The position numbers and the translations under genes are program-made. From positions 1 through 62,869 of the forward strand of contig JBARGS010000165.1 of assembly GCA_049798495.1 (NCBI GenBank): 62,869 nucleotides of DNA, in the 5' to 3' direction. Shown here one piece after another: positions 1-8,308 of the stretch. The notes under the pieces were generated by a model. The model did not search any database, was not told the DNA's origin, and was given only the letters and a program-made list of their open reading frames with translations. This DNA is from Candidatus Korobacteraceae bacterium (GTDB lineage: Bacteria > Acidobacteriota > Terriglobia > Terriglobales > Acidobacteriaceae). Numbering within the stretch: the first letter of the stretch is position 1; each line of letters starts with the position of its first letter.

Positions 1-722
1 AGAACAGCACGGCGGCGGTGAAGCATCTGGGACGCAGTTATGCCGCGCTGACCGAAGACACCACGCGCGTCATGGGCCGGCTGAAAGCGCTCTACCGCAG
101 CCAGGCCATTGCCTGTGCCGGCCAGAAGCCGTATGCCGCACGGCATCGCGAACAGTGGTTAGCGAAGTTAACCGACAGCGGACTGCAGTGCCGCGCCCGG
201 CGACTCTACCAGCAACTCGATCTGCTGCAAGAGCTGCGTCGCGATGCCCGTCGCGATCTGATTCTGGAGTGTGGCAAACATGGTGAGAGCAAGTTGCTGC
301 GCAGCGTTCCGTGGCTGGGGCCGATTCGCGTGGCCCTGCTGATCGGGCGGGTGCAGACGCCGCATCGCTTTCGCACCAAGCGGCAGTTCTGGGCCTACTG
401 CGGCCTGGCGCTGGAGACGCGCAGCAGCGCCGACTACCAGATGGTGAACGGCCAGTTGGAACGCAGGAAGAAGCCGGTCTTCATCCGCGGGCTGAACCGG
501 AACCACAACCACGATCTGAAAAATCTGTTTAAGAGCGCGGCTACCACCGCCAGTGCCAGTGACGGAGTGTTCGGCCAGTTCTACAAAAACCTTCTGCTAA
601 AGGGGGTGAAGCCGGAGCTGGCGCGGCTGACTTTGGCGCGCAAACTCGCCGCCATCACGTTGCATGTTTGGAAGAAAGGAGAACCGTTCGACGCCCAATA
701 TCTGAAGTCACAAGCCGCTTGA
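1..722 (+). mobile_element. IS110-family transposase gene, 3' part (5' end outside the window)
   Basis: The frame of ORF 18..722 stays open to the window edge. The product shows the IS110/Transposase_20-type C-terminal pattern (SVPWLGPIRVALLIGRV, RQFWAYCGLALETRSS, RGLNRNHNHDLKNLFKSAA, LARLTLARKLAAI). Confidence 0.85.
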
Positions 723-1226
723 GCGCGCCGGATCCAAAAGACTAGACCGGAGTCACTCCACCATAGTCGATAGGTTCTGCGAGCTCGGGTTCGAGGGTAA
801 GTATCCTGGGCGGGTTAGGCTGTGCGCCACTGGCGCCAAGTCTCACGGGCCACCATATGCTCCCTCGGATAACCCAATAAAGCCATAGTGCCGCGCCTGG
901 GCGCGAGTCTCCGATAGAACCATGGTTGGCCACTGGCCACCGCCAGGCTTGGGTAGCTTCAGCATCGAACGACGTCGTAGCGTGGACATGACAACGGCAA
1001 AACCACTGCGGATCTCCGCCACTCGGCCTAACCACCAGGGCTGGATGTCAGAGAACTATCTCTTCTCCAGCGAAGGGAAAAGTGTTTTCTCTTGACATCC
1101 CCTTTTATAGAACCCGACTGTTATGCGTATCAGGAGAAAGGGGGCCGTCCGACTGAATGAGTGGAGCGCCCACAAGCTGAAGTTTCGAGAAGTGACTACT
1201 TTCCCGCAGTGAAGTGTCGCACTTAC

Positions 1227-1306
1227 CCAGGTCTCGAAAACCGCGAGACCTGGGCCACCCGGCCTGATCCCACCCATTCGAAACCCGCGAATGAGTGGGG
1301 CACCCG
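1227..1306 (+). repeat. REP-like element, two tandem hairpin units
   Basis: Unit A: perfect 10-bp stem CCAGGTCTCG (1227-1236) / CGAGACCTGG (1244-1253) with loop AAAACCG, followed by GCCACCCGG. Unit B: CATTCG (1275-1280) / CGAATG (1288-1293) with loop AAACCCG, followed by GGGGCACCCGG. Confidence 0.75.
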
Positions 1307-1463
1307 GCATTTGGGGCGTCGCAGCGCACACGATGCGCGGCGCTTTGTCGAAAAACTGCGCAGGCCACGCTTTTTGCAGACAGAACGACTCGCATGGGTT
1401 TTCGAGCTTGCATTTTCCATGAACTCCCATCATGATTTCGGGGCGTCACGCAGGAGCCAATGA

Positions 1464-2693
1464 ATGACTACTTTCCGCAGAGACATCCAGATTGTAATGT
1501 TAACGATGGTTGCAGTTGTCTGGTTTGCAGGTGCAGCCCTTTCCCCGGCATCCGCACAAACCCGCTACGAGTCCGTTTACAACGGACACAGGATCACCTA
1601 TCCAGAATCCAGCATCCCCCGGCCCGGTCGCATTCACACGAACTACTTTTTCGTCGACTCGGATCAACTGGCCGCCCCTCAACCCCCCGCGGGTGCTGAA
1701 ACCCCTGGGTCAGTAGCCTGCGTGTATAAGTTTGTGAGTGGACCAGCGGGGTGTCCGATTGCCACGAGCACAACAGTGCCCACCGGTGGTATCGGGGCCA
1801 TTGCCATCGTCGACGCCGGTTACTACCCGACCGCGCAGTCCGACTTGGACGCCTTTGACTCCTACTTTGGCATTCCGGCTACGACCATTACGCAGGTCTG
1901 GCCCGGCCCGATACGGCCACCCAGTTACGGGGATTGGGAGGTCGAGGAAGCATTAGATATCGAATGGGCTCACGCCATGGCGCCGCAGGCCAAGCTGTTC
2001 CTGGTGGTATCGGCATTGTGTACAAGCCCGCAATGCGCGACCGATCCGACTTGGCAAGCGGTGCAGCTCGCCGGATATCTAGTGGCTCAGAACGGCGGCG
2101 GCGTGGTGAGCATGAGCTTTGGCGATGCGGAGATTTCTCAGGAAACTAGCTTTGATCAATACTTCACTACCCCGGGAGTCGTCTACTTTGCAGCCTCCGG
2201 CGATTCGGGACTTGGCGCGAGCCTCTATCCGGCAGCGTCACCGAACGTTGTGGCGGTTGGAGGTACTTATTTCAACCGCGACCAAAACGGAAATTTTACC
2301 TCTGAGCAGTACTACACTGGCGGCGGAGGGGGAGACATTAGTCCATACGAGCCGCGTCCCAGCTATCAGAATGGCATTGCAAGCATCGTAGGAAACTTTC
2401 GCGGCTATCCTGATGTTGCTTCCGACTTTTGCTGTGCGGCCATTTACCTCCAGGGCTGGGGTTCGGTCGGAGGTACTAGTTGGTCGTCTCCTACCTTTGC
2501 TGGTATCGTGAACGCGGCCGGCAGCCGACAACCGTCGTCCTTGGCGCAGCTCACCACCATGTACAACGAGCTGGCCAATCCCATCAGGTACCATGCTGAT
2601 TTCAACGACATCACGACCGGTGATCCGCGTTGCAAAGTTGGTTGGGACCTGTGCACCGGCATCGGTTCCGCCAGGACTTACGCCGGCAAGTAA
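1464..2693 (+). CDS. Secreted S53 (sedolisin/kumamolisin-like) serine-carboxyl peptidase
   Basis: ATG is preceded by CAGGAG. N-terminal signal peptide (VVWFAGAALSPASAQ). Motifs EEALDIEWAHAMAP, FAASGDSG and GGTSWSSPTFAG are typical of peptidase S53. Confidence 0.85.
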   Translation: MTTFRRDIQIVMLTMVAVVWFAGAALSPASAQTRYESVYNGHRITYPESSIPRPGRIHTNYFFVDSDQLAAPQPPAGAETPGSVACVYKFVSGPAGCPIATSTTVPTGGIGAIAIVDAGYYPTAQSDLDAFDSYFGIPATTITQVWPGPIRPPSYGDWEVEEALDIEWAHAMAPQAKLFLVVSALCTSPQCATDPTWQAVQLAGYLVAQNGGGVVSMSFGDAEISQETSFDQYFTTPGVVYFAASGDSGLGASLYPAASPNVVAVGGTYFNRDQNGNFTSEQYYTGGGGGDISPYEPRPSYQNGIASIVGNFRGYPDVASDFCCAAIYLQGWGSVGGTSWSSPTFAGIVNAAGSRQPSSLAQLTTMYNELANPIRYHADFNDITTGDPRCKVGWDLCTGIGSARTYAGK

Positions 2694-2726
2694 CCAACGA
2701 GGCTCCCCGGATTGCCGGTTCGATCT

Positions 2727-2775
2727 GGCGTGGCCCACGTCTCGCGGTTTTCGAGACGTGGGAGGGTTCCACGCC
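2727..2775 (-). repeat. REP-like hairpin element (inverted orientation)
   Basis: Inner stem CCCACGTCTCG (2734-2744) / CGAGACGTGGG (2752-2762) with loop CGGTTTT. Outer stem GGCGTGG (2727-2733) / CCACGCC (2769-2775). The reverse complement matches unit A at 1227. Confidence 0.75.
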
Positions 2776-2855
2776 ACGATCTTAGCGGTCCTCCAGAAAC
2801 GAAGGGGCGAGCGATCCTTCTAAGATGACACGGCTCAGGCCGACAACCTGTGTTC

Positions 2856-2916
2856 ACCCGGGTCTCGAAAGTCGCGAGACCCTTCGACAAGCTCAGGGCA
2901 GGCTCCGGGGCACCCT
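2856..2916 (+). repeat. REP-like hairpin element, longer variant
   Basis: Stem GGGTCTCG (2860-2867) / CGAGACCC (2875-2882) with loop AAAGTCG. The element ends in GGGGCACCCTG, like the copies at 1227-1306. Confidence 0.7.
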
Positions 2917-2948
2917 GCTTCAATCTCCGGAAACGCCTAGGGCCTTCG

Positions 2949-3212
2949 TTACCGCCCGTACCTGAGCTTCTTCAGAAGTTTCGTGAGCCCCTGCATGGCG
3001 GCGTCGTGCTGGCGACCTTGCTTCTCGGCTTGCTTGACCATGGCATCGAAGAACTGCCACGGCGGCTCCTGCAGGCGGTGAAGCACGACAGTGTCTTTTC
3101 TCGCGATGACGAGGAACGGCGTCCCAGGTTCGATCGCGAGCGCCTTGCGAACAGGGCCAGGAATGACGATCTGTCCGCGGGAAGAGATGCGGGTCGTAAA
3201 GGGGCTTCTCAT
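2949..3212 (-). CDS. AbrB/MazE/SpoVT-family antitoxin-like DNA-binding protein
   Basis: The internal ATG at 3212 gives MRSPFTTRISSRGQIVIPGPVRKALAIEPGTPFLV, a swapped-hairpin AbrB-type N-terminus. The longer ORF to 3344 runs through an AT-rich promoter-like region. No toxin gene is adjacent. Confidence 0.75.
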   Translation of the reverse strand: MRSPFTTRISSRGQIVIPGPVRKALAIEPGTPFLVIARKDTVVLHRLQEPPWQFFDAMVKQAEKQGRQHDAAMQGLTKLLKKLRYGR

Positions 3213-3300
3213 AGTACCTCGGTATAATTTTCTTACTTTAGCAAGGAGTAAGTAAAGTAGGATTCTTGCAAATATCTTACTTGTAAGAAAATCTGCAGGA
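3213..3300 (-). promoter_or_regulatory. AT-rich upstream region with two inverted repeats built on CTTAC half-sites (putative operator)
   Basis: CTTACT (3232-3237) pairs with AGTAAG (3247-3252). TCTTAC (3275-3280) pairs with GTAAGA (3283-3288) across a TT spacer. Confidence 0.35.
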
Positions 3301-3305
3301 GTATG

Positions 3306-3490
3306 CCGAGCGCGCATCCCGAAGCTTACCCGGCGAGCGCACACTACCAGATCGATGCTGTGATGCTGCGCGACCAGATCACGTCAGGCGCAAAGACGAT
3401 TCTCTGGATACTGCTGGCTGCATCCGGTCTCATCTTTATCATCGCGTGTTCGAATGTCGCCAATCTGATTCTGGCACGCTCGGTGCGCTT
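3306..3490 (+). pseudogene. Internal fragment of an FtsX/MacB-type (ADOP-like) ABC permease
   Basis: Translation ...ILWILLAASGLIFIIACSNVANLILARSVR is the conserved TM segment of FtsX-like permeases. These normally exceed 800 aa; here about 60 aa remain with no proper start, and similarity ends near 3490. Confidence 0.6.
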
Positions 3491-3898
3491 GTTCGGCTAA
3501 GCCCCGTGAGGCGGCCTGTGCCTCGTTCACCGCAACTGGAAACGGATGCTCGGGCGCGAGACTGTACTCTGGCACGAAGGCAGCCACCTTCGCGCGCGCC
3601 GCGACCTGTCCAACTAATATGCGCCACCATGGAAGTAGAGAACGGCTGCGGCGGTGGCAGCGTCTTTGGGACGACACCACCATCCCGGCACACCGCCTAC
3701 ATCCGCCCTCTCGTAGGTTACACCGTCTGCAGCCGGCGTCTTCTCCATCAATTCATCGAACATCTCGCGCGCCGGCGACCCTGTTACGCTCCCTTTCATG
3801 GGGGCGACCATCCGGCGCATCTCCGCCATCGTGACGCGATCAAGCGGGTGCATTGGGTGATTCATCAACATACTTGGCCCTTTCTCCCGATGAATCAT
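3491..3898 (-). pseudogene. Alpha/beta hydrolase (HSL-type esterase/lipase), frameshifted and 3'-truncated
   Basis: N-terminal frame (3614..3898) ends ...AAVLYFHGGAY. The continuation ILVGQVAARAKVAAFVPEYSLAPEHPFPVAVNEAQAA lies in another frame, with the shift at an AA run at 3616-3617. Similarity stops before the GDSAG nucleophile, where the gene abuts the permease fragment. Confidence 0.7.
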
Positions 3899-4426
3899 TC
3901 AACCGCTACGCCTCTCGAAGCAATTCAGTGCGGTACTTGGGGCGAGTGCTTTCACCTTGTCAATGAATGCGGCCTGCTCTTCTTCGTCTAATTTCGGAGG
4001 GGGCGTCGTACGTGTGGCGACCGATACCCCAACCTCCATGCAGAACCTCTCCTGTCCCGCAGGAGAGCAGATACGGAGCATGCGCACGGGCTCCGGCGAA
4101 GCGGTGTGAAACTGATGCGGAGCGTTAGCGGGAATGTTCACTGTCTGAGCAGCGCGCACCGTTGACTTCTTGCCACGGAAGGTCGCTTCCATCTCGCCTT
4201 CGAGCAGGATAAAGGTCTCCTCGAAGTCGTGCCGATGCGGTGGCGGTCCACCACCCGGCGGGATATGCATATCAATTACGCAGAATCGTCCATCGGTGTC
4301 TTCGCCGGTCACAGTGATGGTGTAGGTATCGCCAACCAGACCGATGTGAGGAAGGTTGTCGGGTTGAGCCAGGGTGAGAGCGCGTTTGGGATTGTCAAGC
4401 GGGATCGTCGGTACAGTAGTGGACAT
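3899..4426 (-). CDS. Cupin-domain protein
   Basis: The core GGGPPPHRHDFEETFILLEGEMEATFRG...VNIPANAPHQF matches the two cupin motifs. Its stop directly abuts the esterase start (TGAATG). Confidence 0.8.
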   Translation of the reverse strand: MSTTVPTIPLDNPKRALTLAQPDNLPHIGLVGDTYTITVTGEDTDGRFCVIDMHIPPGGGPPPHRHDFEETFILLEGEMEATFRGKKSTVRAAQTVNIPANAPHQFHTASPEPVRMLRICSPAGQERFCMEVGVSVATRTTPPPKLDEEEQAAFIDKVKALAPSTALNCFERRSG

Positions 4427-4510
4427 TCGTTCTCCTGGTTCAATGTTGCTGGTGGTGTTTCGATGCGGGCGTGATTGATCGCCAAATACCGCCTGGCATT
4501 CGGACCAAGT

Positions 4511-4879
4511 TCACGCCGCCCGTTGCCTTTGCCAATTCAGGACTGTTTCTTTAGCAAAGTCTTCGTATCGACGAGGCGCATGACCCAAGAGGTTCGTCAA
4601 AGTCTCGATGTCTCCCGCCTCTACGACGAAGCCACGTTCGAGATACCCCTGGAACATCATGCGGATGTCGAACGCCGACCAGGATGGGGCCCGCTTTCTC
4701 ATCTGCTCCTCGAACGCATCCATGTCGTTACCTGCGTAGTGAACTTCCTTGCCTAGCACCCCGCTCCAAATCGATGCCACCTTGGGACCACTCAGGACTT
4801 CCGGTCCGACACAAGGCCGTTTCCCGGTACCGATCCGACTGAGCAACCAATAGCTTCCGGTTTGTCCTTTATTCGTCAA
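4511..4879 (-). pseudogene. C-terminal fragment of an NmrA-like NAD(P)-binding protein
   Basis: The product resembles only the C-terminal third of NmrA/SDR-a5 proteins (LSGPKVASIWSGVLGKEVHYAG...). No Rossmann N-terminus is present, and the 5' end overlaps the stop of the CGNR gene. Confidence 0.5.
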
Positions 4880-5522
4880 CTATCGACGAGCCCGCGCGGT
4901 TGCGGCGCCGTCTTTGATAAGCGGCTACCTTCAACTTGTTTCCGCAAATATTCATACTGCACCAACGGCGTGATCCCTTTTTGCTGGTGTCGTAGAAGTG
5001 GACGACGCACGATTCCGCTTCGCACTTGCGGATGCGGGATGGTTCAATCTGAGAGAGCAATTTCGTCGCCGCAGCAGCGATCGCCGCCCATATGTCCTCG
5101 GGTCTTCGGGGTTCGATAAAGACCTTGAGCACCACCTGTGAGCGTTGCTTGCTGAGATGGGCGCGTTGCGGGTGTTCCTTCAGGAGTGTATTCACTTCCG
5201 CCAGGAATGCGTCTCCTGGCAGCGACCCGCCCTCCAATCGCAGGACCGATGCTCGCAGACGTTCGCGGAATGCGATCAGCTTCTTTACGAAGGCCTCTGC
5301 CCCACGCGAGTTACGCCATCCCCGAACCAGTGCTCTATCTTGCTGAGACGTGACGATTCCAGAAGCGATCAACCATCGTTCCAGAGCTGCGGCATTGGGC
5401 AGCAGCTCGGTAGGCTCACCTTCCAAAATCGGTTTCGTATTTAGGAAATCGAGTGCCAAGTGATTGCCGACGAATAAAAAGCCGTCCACCCATTCTGTTT
5501 CCCGTCGAGCCTCGCCCGCCAT
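4869..5522 (-). CDS. CGNR zinc-finger (ABATE + zf-CGNR) putative regulator
   Basis: N-terminal FVGNHLALDFLNT. C-terminal C-x4-C-x(n)-RRWCSMNICGNKLKVAAYQRR is the CGNR signature. Confidence 0.85.
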   Translation of the reverse strand: MAGEARRETEWVDGFLFVGNHLALDFLNTKPILEGEPTELLPNAAALERWLIASGIVTSQQDRALVRGWRNSRGAEAFVKKLIAFRERLRASVLRLEGGSLPGDAFLAEVNTLLKEHPQRAHLSKQRSQVVLKVFIEPRRPEDIWAAIAAAATKLLSQIEPSRIRKCEAESCVVHFYDTSKKGSRRWCSMNICGNKLKVAAYQRRRRNRAGSSIVDE

Positions 5523-5666
5523 AAAGACCGTCCCCCACTATTCTCAAGAATTAACACCAATAACGAAACCTTTAATGGTGTCATCACATCTGAGGTCGTA
5601 TTGCCTGGCCGCGATCAGCCCTCCCACGGCGGGATGCTGAATCAAGTGAACAGAAAGGGCGCCGTA

Positions 5667-6518
5667 ATGACAACCTATCATCGTGCCAATGTCAGGGGAC
5701 AACAGCTGTTCTATCGCGAAGCCGGATCAAAGGATTCGCCAACCCTTGTACTTTTGCATGGCTTTCCCAGTTCTTCGCACATGTTCCGTGACCTGATACC
5801 GCGATTGGCGGACAAGCTCCACATCATTGCCCCGGATTACGTGGGATTTGGCTATAGCGACGCGCCCAGCGCGAACGAGTTCGAATACACCTTTGACAAC
5901 CTGGCAGCGTACGTCGAGGAGCTGCTGTTCAAGAATCTCGGCCTGCAGAAGTTCAGCGTTTACGTGCAGGACTACGGCGCGCCCGTCGGCTATCGCATCG
6001 CCTCAAAACATCCCGACGTAATTGAGAGCATCGTCGTGCAAAACGGCAATGCCTACGCCGAAGGCATTGGCGCTGCGTTCGACCCGATGAAGCCATTCTG
6101 GGTGAAGCGCAACGCCGGGACCGAGAAGCCAGTGCGCGAGCTACTGAAGAAAGAAACAACCACCTTCCAGTACGCGCACGGCGTGAAGGACACGGAGCGA
6201 ATCAGCCCCGATTCCTACACGCTCGATCAACTCTTTCTCGACCGTCCGGGCAACGACGCCATCCAGCTCAATCTCCTCTACAACTATCAATCCAATGTCG
6301 CGCTGTACGATCGCTGGCACGAGTACTTCCGCAAGAGCCAACCGAGAATGCTGATTCTCTGGGGAAAGAACGACCCGTTCTTCACCGTCGAAGGAGCCAA
6401 AGCCTATCAGCGCGATCTCCCCAAAGCGGAACTGCACCTGATTGATACCGGCCACTTCGCGCTGGAAGATTCCAGCGAGTTCATGGCCGAACATATTCGG
6501 CAGTTTCTCAGTTCGTAG
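5667..6518 (+). CDS. Alpha/beta hydrolase (epoxide hydrolase/haloalkane dehalogenase-like)
   Basis: Motifs TLVLLHGFPSSSHMF and YVQDYGAPVG (Asp nucleophile type), with a C-terminal GHFALED. The ATG at 5667 is preferred over the TTG at 5601. Divergent from the CGNR gene. Confidence 0.8.
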   Translation: MTTYHRANVRGQQLFYREAGSKDSPTLVLLHGFPSSSHMFRDLIPRLADKLHIIAPDYVGFGYSDAPSANEFEYTFDNLAAYVEELLFKNLGLQKFSVYVQDYGAPVGYRIASKHPDVIESIVVQNGNAYAEGIGAAFDPMKPFWVKRNAGTEKPVRELLKKETTTFQYAHGVKDTERISPDSYTLDQLFLDRPGNDAIQLNLLYNYQSNVALYDRWHEYFRKSQPRMLILWGKNDPFFTVEGAKAYQRDLPKAELHLIDTGHFALEDSSEFMAEHIRQFLSS

Positions 6519-6568
6519 GCGCTGAAGTCGGAGAGCTCTTCTGCGGCCTGGCGGGAAGGATTTGACCA

Positions 6569-7264
6569 GTGGGCGTTTCCGGAGACATCACCGTAGTTGC
6601 CGCCCACGGCGCGTGGGCGGATGGCTCAAGCTGGAAAGATGTAATTCTCCGTCTTCACGGAGTAGGTGTGCGCGTGATCGCAGTTCCCATTCCGTTGACC
6701 TCACTTGGCGATGACGCGGCCGCCGTGAAGCGCACCATGGCACGCACGACAGGGCCGCTGATTCTGGCAGCTCACGCCTATGCGGGCGCCGTGATCGGCG
6801 CGGTTAATGATGATCGTGTGAAGGCGCTGGTCTACATCTCGGCACTCGCTCCCGATGAGGGCGAGACGGTTGCGCAGGTCTTCTACCGTGATGAGAAGCA
6901 TCCCCAGTCGCCCCAACTCGCACCGGACACAGACGGTTTCATCTGGATGCCGGACGACGGCTTCCAAGATGCTTTTGCGCAAAATGCTTCAGCAGACCAA
7001 ATCGCGTTATCGGCAGCCGTGCAGCGGCCAATCGCCCTGAAGTGCATTCAAGAGCCGGTTCCAAAACCGGGGTGGAGATCCAAGCCTTCCTGGTTCCTGA
7101 TTGCGGAAGAAGACCGCATGATCAGTCCCAAGACACAACACTTCATGGCCGAACGAATGGGCGCCACCACACGATCGTTCGCCGTCGATCACACGCCACT
7201 GCTCAGCGCGCCACAAAAAGTGGTGGACATCATCCTGGAGGCGAAACAGGTCGTGTCCTCTTGA
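6569..7264 (+). CDS. Alpha/beta-hydrolase-fold protein lacking the nucleophile serine
   Basis: GTG start. VVAAHGAWADGSSW and LILAAHAYAGAVIG align by pattern with LVHGAFADASSW and VGHSYGGAVI of related about 230-aa hydrolases. The GxSxG elbow reads AHAYA. Confidence 0.7.
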   Translation: MGVSGDITVVAAHGAWADGSSWKDVILRLHGVGVRVIAVPIPLTSLGDDAAAVKRTMARTTGPLILAAHAYAGAVIGAVNDDRVKALVYISALAPDEGETVAQVFYRDEKHPQSPQLAPDTDGFIWMPDDGFQDAFAQNASADQIALSAAVQRPIALKCIQEPVPKPGWRSKPSWFLIAEEDRMISPKTQHFMAERMGATTRSFAVDHTPLLSAPQKVVDIILEAKQVVSS

Positions 7265-7367
7265 GCCCGAATGAAGCTTGAGAAGCCCATCGGTGTGCGG
7301 GCCATAACGGGATCCGCGTGTCGGGCATTCGAAGTCTGTTCGCTAAAGCCGGCAAGAAGGAGGCATC

Positions 7368-8135
7368 GTGAATTCTGTCGCTATTGTCACCGGAGCAAGC
7401 CAGGGGATCGGCCGATCCATTGCGATTCGACTGGCGCGCGACTTCTCGGCGATCGCGCTGGCTGCACGAAACGCTGATGAACTTAACGAAGTGGCAAATG
7501 CCGTAAAGAGTGCGGGAGCAGAACCGCTTGTGTTCGATGTCGATTTAAGCAAGGTCGAAGCCAACCAAACGGTCGTCAAGACGACGCTTGACCGCTTCGG
7601 CAGAGTTGATGCCCTGCTGAATATAGCGGGCGCAGTGCCGCAAATCGATCTGTTCGAAATGACGGACGAGCAATGGCGCGCTGGTATGGAGCTGAAGTTC
7701 CACGGCGCACGGCGCCTGACGATACTGGCCTGGGAAGCGCTCAAGAAGTCCACGGGCTCGGTCGTCTTCATGTCGGGCAGCGCTTCGCTCGATCCGAAGC
7801 CGGCTTTCGCCGCCGTCGCTGCGACCAATGCAGCCATTACCGCACTTGCCAAAGCATTCGCCGAGCAAGGCATCAAAGACGGCGTGCAGGTCAACAGCAT
7901 CGTCCCCGGTCCGGTGATGACCAATCGCCGCCGCAGCTTCATGGAGAAGTGGGCGCCGGCGCACAACGTGAGCGTTGAAGAGGCGATGAAGGAGTTTCCC
8001 AAAGAAGCGGGAATCAGCCGCTACGGACAGCCGGAGGAAATCGCGGACCTGCTCGCCTTCATGGTATCGCCAGCAGCAAAGTGGATGACGGGTACATCTG
8101 TTCGAATGGACGGCGGCGAAATTAAAGGGATTTAA
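7368..8135 (+). CDS. SDR-family oxidoreductase
   Basis: GTG start after AAGGAGG. Motifs TGASQGIGRSIA and NIAG; the usual Y-x3-K region is replaced by ATNAAITALAKAF. C-terminus MTGTSVRMDGG. Confidence 0.85.
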   Translation: MNSVAIVTGASQGIGRSIAIRLARDFSAIALAARNADELNEVANAVKSAGAEPLVFDVDLSKVEANQTVVKTTLDRFGRVDALLNIAGAVPQIDLFEMTDEQWRAGMELKFHGARRLTILAWEALKKSTGSVVFMSGSASLDPKPAFAAVAATNAAITALAKAFAEQGIKDGVQVNSIVPGPVMTNRRRSFMEKWAPAHNVSVEEAMKEFPKEAGISRYGQPEEIADLLAFMVSPAAKWMTGTSVRMDGGEIKGI

Positions 8136-8308
8136 CCGCCGCTGCTGCGTCGCCTTTTCATCGGGATAGTGAACGATAAAGGACGTTCACATCAACAACC
8201 CGTTTCCTTTACCGACGGGGAAGGTGGAAATCGGCGCCGACACTGCTGATTGGTGCTGAGTTTCTGCCCAGGCGAAACTCCGGGGACGGCTGAAAGGAGC
8301 CGCTTCCC

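Noticed and set aside
742-1449. Several 65-125-aa ORFs on both strands downstream of the IS110 transposase
   Set aside because: They are mutually overlapping and run through REP hairpins (giving RETWATRP-type translations). They have no RBS or family resemblance, so the region is treated as non-coding.
7343-8002. 219-aa minus-strand ORF, plus 139-aa and 101-aa ORFs overlapping the SDR gene
   Set aside because: These are antisense or alternate-frame shadows of a well-supported SDR CDS. They have Ala/Ser/Arg-rich composition typical of GC-rich off-frames and no recognisable motif.
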